Assembly: GCA_964016885.1 (NCBI GenBank) | Contig: CAXHJY010001532.1 | Coordinates: forward strand, 46,833-110,832 | From: Eledone cirrhosa | Lineage: Eukaryota | Reading direction: 5' to 3' | DNA: 64,000 nucleotides | Shown: piece after piece, positions 26,170 to 41,410 of the stretch | How the letters are laid out: every line of letters begins with the position of its first letter | Numbering within the stretch: the stretch's first letter is position 1 | The notes under the pieces: generated by a model | The model's database searches: none | What the model was told of the DNA's origin: nothing | The model's input: only the letters and a program-made list of their open reading frames with translations | Program-made: the position numbers and the translations under genes

Positions 26170-26790
26170 ATTTAAGAATATTTGAACCCCAGGTGCTGAA
26201 GTATAACAGATGCCATGAGAACAAGAGTGATGAATGTGGGGTAACAGAGAAGGCTGGAATGAATTGAAGAGAAAGGTGTATGTTGCATGTGTGATAAGTG
26301 CTATGTTTTATGGGAATGAAAAAAAGATGATGAACATGGAGCAAAAGACAAGGCTGGAAAGAATGGAAATGAGAATCTGGTAGATAGTGTAGTATTGCTG
26401 AGTGAAAGGAAGACAAACAATCAATTGCTGTGGATGGTAGGAATAAAACCAATGATGTTTTGAAGAGAAATAGAACGAGATGGTTAGGCCATGTGTTGGG
26501 GAAGGATGAAAGTGACTAGGTAAGAGGAATAGAGCCAGTGATGAATGTTGTGAAGAGAAATGGAATGAAATGGTTGGGTCATGTGTTGAGGAAGGATGAA
26601 AGTGAGAAGAGTCAAGGAAATGAAAGTGGAAGGAAGTAGAAAAAAGGGAGGACCAGGAAAGGCATGGCTAAAGATGATGGTGTAGAAAATGAAAGATACA
26701 AATGATAGCGCAGATTGGAGAAGCTTGTAGTTGGACATGTAATCTGTGCCTTAGCAAGGAAAATGAGATAAAACTAATGTTGTTGTTGTT
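26170..26790 (+). mobile_element. Degenerate RTE 3' fragment
   Basis: Repeated RWLGHVL-like segments, GRP-like motif, (GTT)n tail. Confidence 0.5.
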
Positions 26791-27329
26791 ACTGTAACTA
26801 TCAGTGGTTGGAAGTCACGTAGGTTTTATGTATTTCAACTGTCTGTATTCAGTAGAAAATATAACATACACATATATATATATATATAGCTTTTGCCAAC
26901 TATTAGGTACCTTAGAGCTAAATTTTCAATTTTTGCCTCTGGAAAACCATTTCACAGATGGTAAAACTGCTGATAATTGGCATAAAATGATGTTGTTGTA
27001 GTGTGTGTGTGTGTGCTTACGTGCATATGTGCTAGTAACTCTAATGAATGACTAACTCTTTTGGTTAAAATCTCAGATGCACTGTACCAACCATACTGGT
27101 ATGTGTGCTCTCTCTCTCTCAAGTGCACTGTACCAACCACATTGGTATGTGTTCTCTCTCCCTCTCTCTCAGGTCAAAAACTATTCTATATTCTCTGGGC
27201 CAACAAAAGAACTTTTGTAAATGTTGCTCAACCTGCTAATATGTAATAAACATGTCAAAATATTCCTGAAATAAATCCTCTTTCTACCTCCCTCTCCCAC
27301 TCACTATTTCCTCACTTTTACACACACAT

Positions 27330-28760
27330 CTTGGGGGGAGCAAATGCATCAATATACTTCTTCGACCACCTATTCCTCAGAGCTTTGTGTGAGCAGAGTC
27401 CTCAGACACCTTCCAGAAGGTCCTATCAGAAGCAATCAAGCTTATAGATGTTATATAACCAACCATCTTGCTTGTGGTCTACTTCTGGATCTTCAACCAA
27501 ATGGCTTTACCCCAAAAATTTGTCTAATGATTTTTTTTTTCCTTAGACACAGAGCTGTGATCGCTTGATGCAGAGTAGTAGTATCTCTACTCAGAATGAC
27601 CCACTGGTCACCGAGCTGCAGACCTTATCAAATAACATCACTCCAAAGATCATTCAGGGGAATCACATTTCAGCTGTTTGTATTTACAATCCTTTGGTCA
27701 TTACCTAACACTCATGACTAAAGGTAAGAGTAGGCACGAACACCAAATTGAAGATTGCGAGTTTGGCTTTGACACCTCCTCCCTTCATCTGATAATCAAG
27801 TGGTGATGCTGGCGCATTACTGCACCAGCTCTAGCAATTGTTGCATTTAATCCAGCATCCTTTTCACCATCACGTGAACTTCACCTGCTTCATTGGAACT
27901 CTACTCACATGCAGAGTGCATTGCAGAGGCTTTCTTAAGAAGACTTGGAATCAAACTTATCCAGTGCAAGGTGGAGATCACCTTCCAGGGAGTTAAATAA
28001 TACCATGTCACTGACACCACTTTTGCTTGCAGTATTTAACTGAAGCAGAAACTGCTGTGCTGAACAGTCTCCACTCCATTTCAACGTCCTCATTTTGTTC
28101 AGGGAGGTCTCTAAATTTGGATGCAATAGTATCTGCATCCTTGGTCTTGACCTCCTTTCTCATCAGCCTGTGCTTCCCACTTTATCCTGTAGGTCAAGCT
28201 ATTTTGTGAGTTTTCTTGGCTTTAGAAGATAACTAAATGGTAATCATTTGACAGCTCAGCCACTCTGTTAACACATTATCCAGCACAGAATCGAAGAGAT
28301 CAGAAACAATAAACAGCATCTATTACTGTCCTCTATTTCCCTTATACCAGGCATATTTTTGGAGGGCTTTGTGCTGAAGGAAAGTGATCATAATAGAGAG
28401 CCCATTACTAGAACAGAAATCTAATAAGGCCTCTCAGTTCGCATTTAGATTGGGGTCACCGTTCCTTCCAACCACTCCTTTCCATATCAGGTCATCAGTA
28501 CCAACGTGCACATTGAAGTCTCCCTGTAGGATATATGACTGTCTTAACTACATCTAACACTGCAGTGACTTCATCAAGGAAGGATTCTGTATTCAGACTC
28601 CTCTGTTCGACACATAAAATTGCACCATTCACAGAGGCCTTTCTTTCAACATAAGCTTCAATAAGCAAATCCTCTCTCTCAATGAGATCCACTCCAAAAC
28701 ACATTCAAACAGCAGGGGACTTGTGAGCCCACTCCTGCACCACATCTGAATAGGTAAGTT
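27330..28760 (-). mobile_element. Degenerate RTE-type LINE, APE endonuclease region
   Basis: GDFNVHVG at 28498-28523, then WKGVVGRNGDPNLNAN*EALLDFCSSNGLSIM; many stops. Confidence 0.7.
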
Positions 28761-30066
28761 TGGTCTATCCTAAGGAATAGTAATATTTTCCCAACACATT
28801 TCTTGTCATTTATTAATGATCTTGCTGTTATTTCCAACCAATTCCAGCATATATACCACCTTCATTCCTTGACCTTAATCCTTTTGTTATCATATTTCTG
28901 ATAAAATAAATTGTTTATTTTCAAATAATTTTGAAAATAATCAAGAATTTGGAAATATTTTGTAATATAACTTTCTCATTATTAATCTGGTGTTTGGAGC
29001 ATAATTTAACCCTTTCATCCCAAATAAAGCTTGCAAAACAGTGACAAAATAATTATTCTTGCTGAGAAAATTAATGAATTTCATATCATCACACAAGGTA
29101 ACAATGAGCTAAAAGGAAGGATCGAGAAACTATTTGTTTAGTTCAAATATTAACCCTTTAGGATTTAAATTGGCCATATCCGGCCAGAATTCTCTCACCT
29201 CTTTCTGTTCAAACAGGCTGTAACCAGCCACTCATAGTGATGTTAAGGTATTGTTCTCAAAATAAATAATATCAAAATCTCATAGATTCTATATTATGTG
29301 AGATAATTATGTGAGGTTAAAGCCACCTTGAAAATATAATAGTATATATAGAGTAATGTAAATGCTAAATAGATGATTTTAAAAGGTAGTCAACAAAAAA
29401 ACGGATGGAAAGATAGGAGGAAGACAATCCCAGGTCAGTATATATAATTAAAAGTAGAATGGGAGTCCTGTAGGTGAAAAGCATTCTCCAATGAAAATTT
29501 GATTTTTATGGCAGACGTAAAAATGCCAACAAAACTGTCATCTATGAAAAATAGTTAAACTCTACCCCATTGATCTTACCTAGAAAATTGTAAATCAAAC
29601 CAATCAATGAGGAACTAGAACAACAAAGAAAACACTGGCAAAATGTCATGAAATGAACTAAATATGAACTATTTGACGAATATCTATGATTTAATAGATA
29701 AATTAATAAAAATATTTTGACTTTCAACATATGATACTAATTGCATTTAATTATAAACATTTTTCTATACATCACATATTTTGAGTGAACCTGTTTTTCT
29801 AATTGCTATGTGATAAATTAAGAGCCATGCATTTGCAACTCTATTTTTAGAATAATTGGCTGCATCACATTAAATGTTTAACTCTTTTATTAACATATTT
29901 CTAATGAGATACACTGTATTTTAATTAATTTATGTAGAATCTTGAGGGAATTACTAAAATTAATTATTTCATTACTTAAGGTAGTAACTTAACAAAAGGT
30001 TCTTATGTATAATCAATCATATTGCAAGATTTTAATTTAAATAGGAACACTTTAAAATGAGTGGTT

Positions 30067-30484
30067 TTGTTTCATGCGCTACGCAGTAATACAGAAGACC
30101 CGCCTTGCCTAAGTACAAAGTGAAACTTACAGTCAGTAGGCACCTCTAACAAAAATACACCCCCATCCCATCTACACCACCCCTTTCAATGTAAAGTTAT
30201 GTTGGTACCACAACATCCAGTCCGAAACAAATGAGGTCGTGTAGGTGTCACGACAAAAAAACACACAGTCCACGCTGTAATGTGGCCGTGTAGGTAACAC
30301 GGTAAAAACCTCCCAGTCCACACTGTAAATGTGGTTGGTGTTAGGAAGGGCATCCAGCCGTAGAAAACCCGCCAGACAGTCCTATACGAGCAAGACAACC
30401 AATCTTGTCTCAAGTGGGAAAATTCCCGTCCAAACCCATGCAAGCGTGGAAGATGGACGTTAAACGATGATGATGATGATGATG
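30067..30484 (+). mobile_element. RTE family B 3' end, inserted into a P1 MITE
   Basis: CAGAAGACCCG, the family B 3' UTR module, CCCGTCCAAACCCATGCAAGCGTGGAA and (GAT)n. Confidence 0.8.
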
Positions 30485-30692
30485 AGAACGAAAGCATATT
30501 TTGGTCAGGCTGGCATCAAAAAGGTTAAACCTAGTCTAAAATTACAAATATAAATAGTATCAAGATTTGGATTAAAAATTCATATTTAGATATTTTCTGC
30601 TAAATCATCACAGAATGTTAAAGAGTGAAAAATGTGAACTGTAATATAACACTGCATATATGAGTATTTAGATTTCATAAGGAAGATAAATA

Positions 30693-31897
30693 CGAGGAGG
30701 GATCAAAAAGTTCGCGGAATTTTATCATAGCAAGAAAAAAATCAGGTTAAAACAATATTAAACATGTCAGAACATTGTCACTGGGTGTTTACCTTGCTAT
30801 TAGTCACTTGCAGTCAGTTATGCGCGGACTATTGTACAGTACTGACACTCTTTAAAAAACCTCTTTTTGGAACAATGGAAAATAGTTATTTTGAGATAAG
30901 ATCGAATATCAAGTTTCTGGTGAAACTCAAATGGAAAGGGACACAGATTATGGAGGCTTTAGTTAAAGTTTACGGTACTACTGCCTCAAAGTGGATTCAG
31001 CGATTCAAACAAGGGAGAGACGACCTTGAAGACGACCATTGTAGTGGAAGACCAGCAACATCAAAAAAGGACCAAAATGTTGAGGCTGCTCAGATTTTAA
31101 TTGAAGAAGATCGAAGAATAACAGTTAATCAGTTAGCTAAGTCCTTAGACATTTCATATGGTTTGGCAAATTCAATTCTGCATGATAATTTGGGACTAAG
31201 CAAGCTTTCAGCGCGATGGGTCCCAAAAGCGTTGCGCCCTGATCAACTGATTCTTCGAAGTGATCTGTCTTTGGTGATATTAAACAAAATTGAAGTTGAT
31301 GAAGAGCATTTCCTGACCAGAATCATCACCAGAGATGAAACCTGGATCTACCAGTATGATCCTGAATCCAAACAGCAGTCAAAACAGTGGCTTCCACGTG
31401 GATCATCGGGGCCAATCAAGTTCAAATCTCAAATGTCGGATCAAAAAGTGATGGCCACCATTTTCTGGGATTCAGATTGGGTGATACTAATAGATTATCT
31501 TGAAGGTCAAAGAACTGTGACAGGAGCTTACTATGCAAATGTTTTAAGGAAGCTGAAAGAGGCATTAGTCAAGAAACAAAAAGGGAAACTTCATGGTGGG
31601 ATCTTGTTTCACCATGACAATGCACCAGTGCATTCTGCGCGGGTTGCAAAAGAAGTTCTTCGAGAATTTCGATGGGAAGTGCTCACCGTTTTAGTGGTGT
31701 TGAAGAAGCTAAAAACACTGCCAACACATGGCTTCGAACAAGGCCTTCAACTTTCTTTAGAGACGGCTTACAAAGCTGGAAGCATCGCCTTGTGAAGTGT
31801 ATTGACCTGGATGGCAACTATGTAGAAAAATAAATTGAAGGTAAATCATATTTTTTGAAAAATAGATTATTTTCGGAAAAATTCCGCGAATTCCTCG
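30693..31897 (+). mobile_element. Mariner DNA transposon, non-functional
   Basis: TA|CGAGGAGGGATCAAAAAGTTCGCGGAATTTT ... AAAATTCCGCGAATTCCTCG|TA; right TIR internally deleted. Confidence 0.9.
30875..31795 (+). pseudogene. Mariner transposase lacking the third catalytic Asp region
   Basis: WVPKAL, TRDETW and HHDNAPVH present; YSPDLAPSD segment lost after REFRWEVL, followed by a frameshift. Confidence 0.85.
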
Positions 31898-32749
31898 TAA
31901 TTCATATTTCTCACAGAATTACTGCAAGTGCAACAAGTGACATTATATTTTGTGTATCCTGATTAATGTTTTGAAAAGAGTTGCAGTGATTTTCATTGTT
32001 TATAAGAAAGCCTTAACAAACAGGCTAAAATGTAAGTTTGGAAGTGCCACATCTTTCTTTTATGTCATCAAAAATTCAGCCATTCATGTATCTTTCTCAG
32101 AGACACCCAGAGAGAGATATACACACACACAGACACAATCTGTTATAAAATTAGAAAACACATCATCAGGTTATCCAAAAAATCTTCATTGTCTCTAATC
32201 AAAAGATGTTCAAAAGTTTAGCATATTACATTCAGTCGTTCTTACAAAGTACTATAGTAAACATCACCATCATTTTAGGTCAGTTTTTCCACGTTGTCAT
32301 AGGTTTTGCGGGTTGTCACAGTCAGAGATTAGATGGATCAAGGTGACCTCATCCTACTCATACATTCCATATTTTCACATGCTTTCTATAGCTGGATGCC
32401 CTAACTGTTGCCAATCACATTACGGTGCACTAGGTGTATTTTATCATGGCACCAGCTATACCACTTGCAAGGTGTACTGTGTTCATTTTTATCATGGCAC
32501 CAGCACTACCACTTTGAGGAGTGTACTGGGTGCATTTTATTTAGGCACCAACACTTTACAGAGTGTACTGCTTACATTTGATCATGGCACCAACACTGGA
32601 GATGTCATGCTCAGCATGACCGAAGAGTCTTCAGGAGTCATCTCTACCTGGCTACCCTATATTGTCTCTGTTCAAACGCTAACCACTATACAGAATGTAC
32701 TGGGTGTAATACTGTGGCACCCAGATATCTAAAATAACATACATTAAAC

Positions 32750-33856
32750 ATAGATGAGAAAACAGAATCCAGATCCCCTCAGGGAAATGGCCTTGCTCAG
32801 TATGTAGGAAAGGTGTAGTTAGAAATTCCATCTCCTGCTCCAAATGCAAACTATGGGTACACAAGAGATGTAGTGGGATCTCAGGAAGCTTAGCTAAGAA
32901 TGTAGGCTTTACATGTAGCAGTTGCACCAGGGCAGTAAGCAGCAAACGGCCACAGGAAACAACCACTACCAAATTCTGGGAGGGCTCTGTAGAAACAGTA
33001 GTCAGCTTCTGCTACCTAGGTGACCGAATTAGCAGCTGAGGTGGGTGTTCTGAAAGTACAGTAACCAGGGTAAGAACGGGATGGAAGAAGTTCAGGGAGC
33101 TACTGCCACTGCTAGCTGCAAAAGGCTTTTCCCTCAAAATGAAAGGCAGACTGTATGATGCATGCATATGAACAGCAATGTTACATGGTAGTGAGACCTG
33201 GGCGCTGTCTGTGGAAGACGTGCATAGATTAGAAAGAAACGAAGCTTGCATGCTCCGATGGATGTGTAATAGTAATATACGCGAATGGCAAAGCATAAAC
33301 AAATTGATGACAGCTGCATAAAAAGGTGCACAGCACTAAAAGTCAATGGAAGCCTTGGCGTGGGGGGACCTAAGAAGAGGTGATAAAAGCTGACCTTACT
33401 CAATTGCACCTCTCAAAGGTGATGACACAGGACTGTGACCTCTGGCGTTACGCAGTAATACAGAAGACCCGACTTCCCACAGATACAAGCCGAAGCTGAA
33501 GCATATAGACAGTATGCCGCCACCCCCTCTCACTGTAAAGTGGTCATGTAGGTGTCACTACAAAAAAGCGCCCAGTCCACACTGTAAAGTGGTCGTGTAG
33601 GCGCCACGGTAAAAAAGCACCCAGTCCACACTGTAAAGTGGTCGTGTAGGCGCCACGGTAAAAAAGCACCCAGTCCTCACTGTAAATGAGGTTAGGGTTA
33701 GGAAGGGCATCCAGTTGTAGAAATCAAGCCAAAATCAGTGAGCAAGACATGCTCACCTGACCTGGCATTGCCCACATCAGGACAACCTGTCTAACCCATG
33801 CAAGCGTGGAAGAATGGATGTGTGATGGTGATGACGATGATGATGATGATGATGAT
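32750..33856 (+). mobile_element. Older degenerate RTE family B-like copy
   Basis: GKWPCSVCRKG..WVHKRC, MLHGSETW, 3' UTR with ~49-bp repeats, (GAT)n tail. Confidence 0.85.
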
Positions 33857-34065
33857 TTCTACACAAGTATTTTAATGTCATTTCCTCTGCTGAAGCAAGG
33901 GTTATTCTAGCAGGGTTCCAAATCTCTGCTAAAGCAGGAGTTAGCATAGTAGGGACGTTTTTGAAACAATGTTTTACAGGCGGATGCCCTTCCTAGTACC
34001 TTTCATTTTAGTCACTTCTTACAATATGCAGGGATATAGTGTGCCTTATTCTAAACTGGATACAG

Positions 34066-34365
34066 TAGTGGTTAGAGCATTGGGCTTGCAATCGAAAGGT
34101 TGTGAGTTCAATTCTCAGACTGGGTGATGTGTTGTTTCCTTGAGCAAGACACTTTATTTCACATTGTTCCAGTTTACTCAGCTGTAGAAATGAGATGATA
34201 GGACTGGGGTCCCTATCACTCCACGGAAAAAAAACACCCAGCACTCACTGTAAATGAGGTTGGTGTTAGGAAGGGCATCCAGCTGTAGAAATCAAGCCAG
34301 AATCAGTTCCCGTCCCACCCTTGCAAGCAGGGAAAAGCAGACGTAAAATGATGATGATGATGATA
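34066..34365 (+). mobile_element. SINE family S2 with RTE family A tail
   Basis: TAGTGGTTAGAGC..GAGTTCAATTC head; tail nearly identical to 42817-42870. Confidence 0.85.
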
Positions 34366-34789
34366 CAGACTATGGTTTCTAATTTTAGCACAAGGCCAAC
34401 AATTTAGAGGTGGTAAAATGAAATTTGCAGTTCACACCTATGTAGGTTTAACTGGCCTTTTATGAGATTTCTGAATTCTAACATGAAAAGTAATGTGAAA
34501 TGAAGTGTTTTACTAAACAAAATAACATACTGCTCACTGCAGGTATTGTAACTCAATGTTACAATTGTGAGACCAACACTCACCTATGCAACTTCAATTT
34601 GGAGAGATGAGAAAGTTGATTAAATTGCTTCCAGTACTTGACTGTTATCAACCCCAGAAGGCTGAAAGGCAAATTTAGCCTAAATGGGATTTGAACTCAA
34701 CGAAAAGAGCTGGAATAAATACAACAAAGCATTTTTACCATTGTTCAAACAATTCTGTTAATTTGCTGCTACCAAGCCAACAATGATAA

Positions 34790-35745
34790 TAATAATTGTT
34801 TCTACTTTTGGCACAAGGCCAGCAATTAACCAGTGCATTACTGGTACTTTATTTTATCTACCTCGTAAGGATGAAAGGCAAAGTTAACCTTGGCGGGATT
34901 TGAACTCAGACCGTAAAGGGACGTAATTATGCTGGAAAGCATGACGTCCGACCTTCTACTGATACTGCCAATCCCATAATAATTGTTTCTACTTTAGGCA
35001 CAAGGCCAGCAATTATCCCAGTGCATTACTGGTACTTTATTTTATCGACCCCATAAGGATGAAAGGTAAAGTTAACCTCGGCGGGATTTGAACTCAGAAT
35101 GGCAAGGGCCGTAACTATGCATCAAAGCATGGCGTCTGACCCTCTACTGATACTGCCAATCCCATAATAATGCTTTCTGATTTAGATACAAGGCCAACAT
35201 TTTGGGAGGAGGGGAAAATCGATTAAATTGACCCCACAAAGATGTAAGCTAACTTCAGTGGGATTTGAACACAGAATGTAAAGGGCTGTAACTATATGCC
35301 ACAAAGCTTGTTATCAGACACTCTGCTGATACTGTCACCTCACTGCCTTTGAAAGGCAAATAATAATAATAATAATAATAATAATAGTTTCTACTTTAGG
35401 CACAAGGCCAGCAATTACTCAGTGCATTACTGGTATTTTATTTTATCGACCCCGTAAGGATGAAAGGCAAAGTCAACCTCGGCGGGATTTGAACTCAGAT
35501 CGTAAAGGGACGTAACTATGCTGGAAAGCATGGCGTCCGACCCTCTACCGATACTGCCAATCCACATAATAATAATGATAATAATTGTTTCTACTATTGG
35601 CACAAGGCCAGCAATTACCCAGTACATTACTGGTACTTTATTTTATCGACCCCGTAAGGATGAAAGGCAAAGTTAACCTCGACGGGATTTGAACTCAGAA
35701 TGGCAAGGGCCGTAACTCTATGCGTCAAAGCATGGCGTCCGACCC
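34790..35745 (-). mobile_element. Five S1 SINEs in head-to-tail tandem
   Basis: Copies at ~34795-34975, 34981-35163, 35170-35350, 35385-35565 and 35584-35745, separated by (AAT)n. Confidence 0.9.
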
Positions 35746-36451
35746 TATAATAATAATAATAATAATAAGGAAGCAACAAGTGATAATGTATATAGATATG
35801 ACAAACTATGCTTTGTGTATAACTGGTATGATCATATTGATGATGATGGGTATAAATCCAACAAGGTATTTACTCTTTTACCTGTTCCAGCTCATGGGCC
35901 GTGGCCATGCTGGGGTACTGCTCTTTATATTATAAACTATACTTATACTGTATTAAAAAAAAACAGGAGTGAATATAAGTCAATAAAAATTGCTATTTTA
36001 GTAACAGTGAAAAAAATGTAGAGGGATGGCGGTGTGGTTACGGAGATTCACAACCACATGGTTTGTGGTTCAGCCCCACTGAGGAACCTTGGGCAATGTC
36101 TTCTACTATAGCCTGTCATTGACCGATGCCTTGAGAGTGAAATTTAGTAGATGGAAAGGGTAAGGAAGCCGGTTATATAATGTGTGTGTGTTTACTTTTA
36201 CACTTTGTTTCTGTCACGCAACTTAATAGTTCGATGAAAGAGATCACTAAAATAAGTACTAAACTTGAAATAAATTAAATGCTGGGATGAATATGATTGA
36301 CTAAATCCGTCTAAGGCGATGCCCCAACTGTCTAATGAAACCAATAAAAGTAAAGAGTACACCAGTCATAGGCAAACTACAGCTAGTTTTGGCTTTCTGC
36401 ATGACACGTATAATTTCAAAAGTGCTTTGAATTGTTAAGTGGTGCGGCCCG

Positions 36452-36471
36452 CTTTATAATGAGCCACACCC
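36452..36471 (-). promoter_or_regulatory. Candidate promoter: TATA box (TATAAAG) with upstream GGGTGTGG box, oriented toward hexokinase
   Basis: Minus strand reads GGGTGTGGCTCATTATAAAGCGGGCCGCAC in a non-repeat, locally CpG-retaining patch; no expression data. Confidence 0.25.
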
Positions 36472-36837
36472 TATACGACCCACTCCTCGAAAAGTGTTGC
36501 CCATGTCCGGTGTACCGCATACACGAAGAAACAAAGTTATTTCCCTTGATTTCTTTTCTACTTACAAAAAAAAATAAATAAATAAATAAATAAACGCAGT
36601 TCTCCAAACTATAACATTCGTTGTTGTCCTCGGCTGTTTGTGTTGGACTTCCGTCAGTTCCAACGGAGAGTGTTCCAGTTATTTGACCAATGAAACATCC
36701 TGCTCTTGAAATTAACGAGCAAGTGGCTGAGCATTCTACAGACACGTATACCGTTAATGTAACTCTCAGAGAGATTTAGCATGACGTATACAACGCTGGC
36801 CCTTTGAATTACAGTTACAGTCGAACTTGTATTATAG

Positions 36838-37020
36838 TGGATTGGCAGTATTGGCAGAAGGTCGCACGTCATGCTTTGACGCATAGAGTTACGGCCCTTT
36901 ATGGTTTGAGTTCAAATCCCGCCGAGGTTAACTTTGCCTTTCATCCTTACGGGGTCGATAAAATAAAGTACCAGTAATGTATGGGTATTTGCTGGCCTTG
37001 TGCCAAAAGTAGAAACAATA
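36838..37020 (+). mobile_element. SINE family S1
   Basis: A-box, B-box and core intact. Confidence 0.85.
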
Positions 37021-37377
37021 TTAGTTAAGTGGCTGAGTATTCTACAGACAAGTGTACCTTTAATGTAGTTCCCGTGGAGATTTAGCGTGGCGTTGTACAT
37101 AACAAGGTCAGCCTTTCGAATTACAGGTATAACTCATTTTTTCCAGCTGAATGAATTGGAGCAACGTGAAATAAAGTGCCTCGTTCAAAGTCGCGACGCG
37201 TCGTTAGGCCCAGGAATCAAACACCGTAACTACTAAGCCAAGCACCTTCAAAAAGTATTGTAATAATAAATATAAAGAGAATGAATAAATTGTTTGTAGT
37301 TTCCGAAAGTGAAACATGAATGACACATGAGGATGTGCCTTTTGTACAGCTTCTCCAAAATACATACACTGCAAGTC

Positions 37378-37413
<36 letters not shown>

Positions 37414-37812
37414 TACATACACATACACATACTTACACAAACACACACGTATATGGCCACACATAAAAACACGGATATATACACACACGCACGTGCCGAA
37501 AGACACATACACAGACAGAGCAATCGTTGATTCCTTTAACGCTACCACCACCACCACCACCACCAGTTACAGAGAAGTAAGGAGTGACCAACATTCATGA
37601 TTATGATAAAAAAAAATTCTTTTATTTTGCTCGTTTCAGTCATTAGACTTTGGCCATGCTAAGGCACCGCCTTGAAGAAAGGAATTTAGTCGATAATATT
37701 GACCCCAATAATTATTTTTTTAACCTACTTGTTTTATATATACATAGGTATATACATAAATATAGAGTGCTCAACCGGCATACCGCCTATGGACGCATCC
37801 AAGCAACCTTAC

Positions 37813-37853
<41 letters not shown>

Positions 37854-37895
37854 GAGAGAGGGAACTTCTCCAGGATTAGAACCCTTTCATACGAA

Positions 37896-38891
<996 letters not shown>

Positions 38892-38969
38892 ATACACACT
38901 CATACATACAGGGTATCCAAAAAATAAATACACACTTGATTACAATGCTGTTAAGTGTGTATACATTTT

Positions 38970-39030
<61 letters not shown>

Positions 39031-40299
39031 GGCATATATATTAATAACCTTTCGGTTAACAGTCGAACGCACCAACAGACTGCCACACAGTATCTGAACC
39101 AGTGGTTAGTTTCGCAAATAATATTTGTAAAAGATTGAATGAAGATTCAGTAAACCATCGACCTCTTCATGGAATCATTCACCCCACCCCATGTCATGTA
39201 CAAAATAAGTAAATAAATCAGTAAATAAAATAGACAAATAGACTAATTATATACAAATCAGAAACCTGTATAATAAGCAAGTTGTATCTTATTCTATTAT
39301 TTCATGTATTTAAAATAATTTAATTTCTTCTTTAAAATTTTCATCATTGATATATATTTCTGTTCATGTAAGCTAAACGTAAATTCGGCACTTTTTCATA
39401 ATGCAACAATTTCATGTTGATAATGAATATTATCAATCAGAATAATCTCAGATTTAATACAGGACTTGTGGGGAAAAAAATTCATTTAAAAAGTTTAATT
39501 AAAAAATTAAATTCCAAAAATAGTTATCATCATAATCGGATTCTCCTTCACAGAAAATGTATATCTGCAAAATTTCATTACAAAATATAGATCGTTAAGA
39601 CGGTAATGCGAGGAGTAGACTATAGTTATGTCGGAGTCTACGTGATCAATTCACTTGATTTATAAATAGCAGCAGAAACTTCCACAAATCCCCTCTTACT
39701 AGGAAGGACACATTAGATAACGTAGTTGGTGTTTGAGTAAATTATAGACGACAGGATGTGCAAGACTGAAACAGTTTTAGTCACGTTTACATAAATTGCT
39801 AAGTCTAGTTATTATTTCCACTTGGGGAAAAGAAATATTAACTTCGACCGGTCGGTCATTTAAGTAACCTTGTTGCTTGGCCTCCATTGAAGAATACAGT
39901 TCTCCCAGCTAGCCGTCAAGGTCAAGGCTGCTCATTTAGCAAAATAACTTTATTGGCAGTATATAGATAATGGAACTTCCGTCGGCATGGGCGATTCAGT
40001 CGTTCCACCAACTGAACGTCGCGATACGTGTAAGTGGTTGAGTATTCCACAGACAAGAACACCTTTTGATGTAATTCCCAAGTCTATGAGCTTGGAACGA
40101 TGATTGTGACAGAGCTATACTTGGAAATTACAGCTACACTCCATTCCACGGTCCAATTGCAGTTTCCGTCGATCCGAGACCATAGTTAGTGTAGGACACT
40201 AGACCAAATTCACGTGCAGAGCGATTGAACACGCGACCTCATCATGGGCGAACTTCTTAACCATTCAGCTGTCTGTGTTCTAAAAGTGTGTTTGTGTGA

Positions 40300-40386
40300 T
40301 TATATATGTACATACATACATATATACACATATATATATATACACATATATATACACACATATATATATATATACACACATATACA

Positions 40387-40429
<43 letters not shown>

Positions 40430-40431
40430 CA

Positions 40432-40464
<33 letters not shown>

Positions 40465-40568
40465 CACATATACACAATATATATATATATATATATATAT
40501 ACATACATACACATATACACACAATATATATATATATGTATATATACATACACATATACATACACACA

Positions 40569-40601
<33 letters not shown>

Positions 40602-40648
40602 CACATATACACAATATATATATATATATATACATACACATATACACA

Positions 40649-40695
<47 letters not shown>

Positions 40696-40725
40696 ATATA
40701 TATATATATATATACATATACACAA

Positions 40726-40779
<54 letters not shown>

Positions 40780-40780
40780 A

Positions 40781-40830
<50 letters not shown>

Positions 40831-40831
40831 A

Positions 40832-40867
<36 letters not shown>

Positions 40868-40872
40868 CACAA

Positions 40873-40934
<62 letters not shown>

Positions 40935-40980
40935 ATATATATATATACATATACATATATATATATATATACACAATATA

Positions 40981-41034
<54 letters not shown>

Positions 41035-41204
41035 ATATATATATATACATATATATACACACATATACACAATATATATATATATACACAATATATATAT
41101 ATACATATATATATATATACATACACACATATACACAATATATATATATACATACACATATACACAATATATATATATATATATATACATACACATATAC
41201 ACAA

Positions 41205-41236
<32 letters not shown>

Positions 41237-41245
41237 CATACACAT

Positions 41246-41284
<39 letters not shown>

Positions 41285-41410
41285 CATATATATATATATA
41301 TACATACACATATATATATATAAATATATATATATAAAAATATAAATGTAAATATATATATAAATATATTTATATATATATATATAAATATATATAAATA
41401 TATATATATA
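40300..41410. repeat. (TA)n-derived array with higher-order unit CACATATACACAA(TA)n
   Basis: ACACAA marker recurs every ~30-50 bp. Confidence 0.9.

Noticed and set aside
37305-37315. GAAAGTGAAAC, an IRF/ISRE-like motif
   Set aside because: A single short motif in AT-rich DNA with no supporting context.
39047-39110. Possible hexokinase first exon ending ...STVNRK|GTTATT in phase 0
   Set aside because: No in-frame ATG before an upstream TAA, and the donor is weak.
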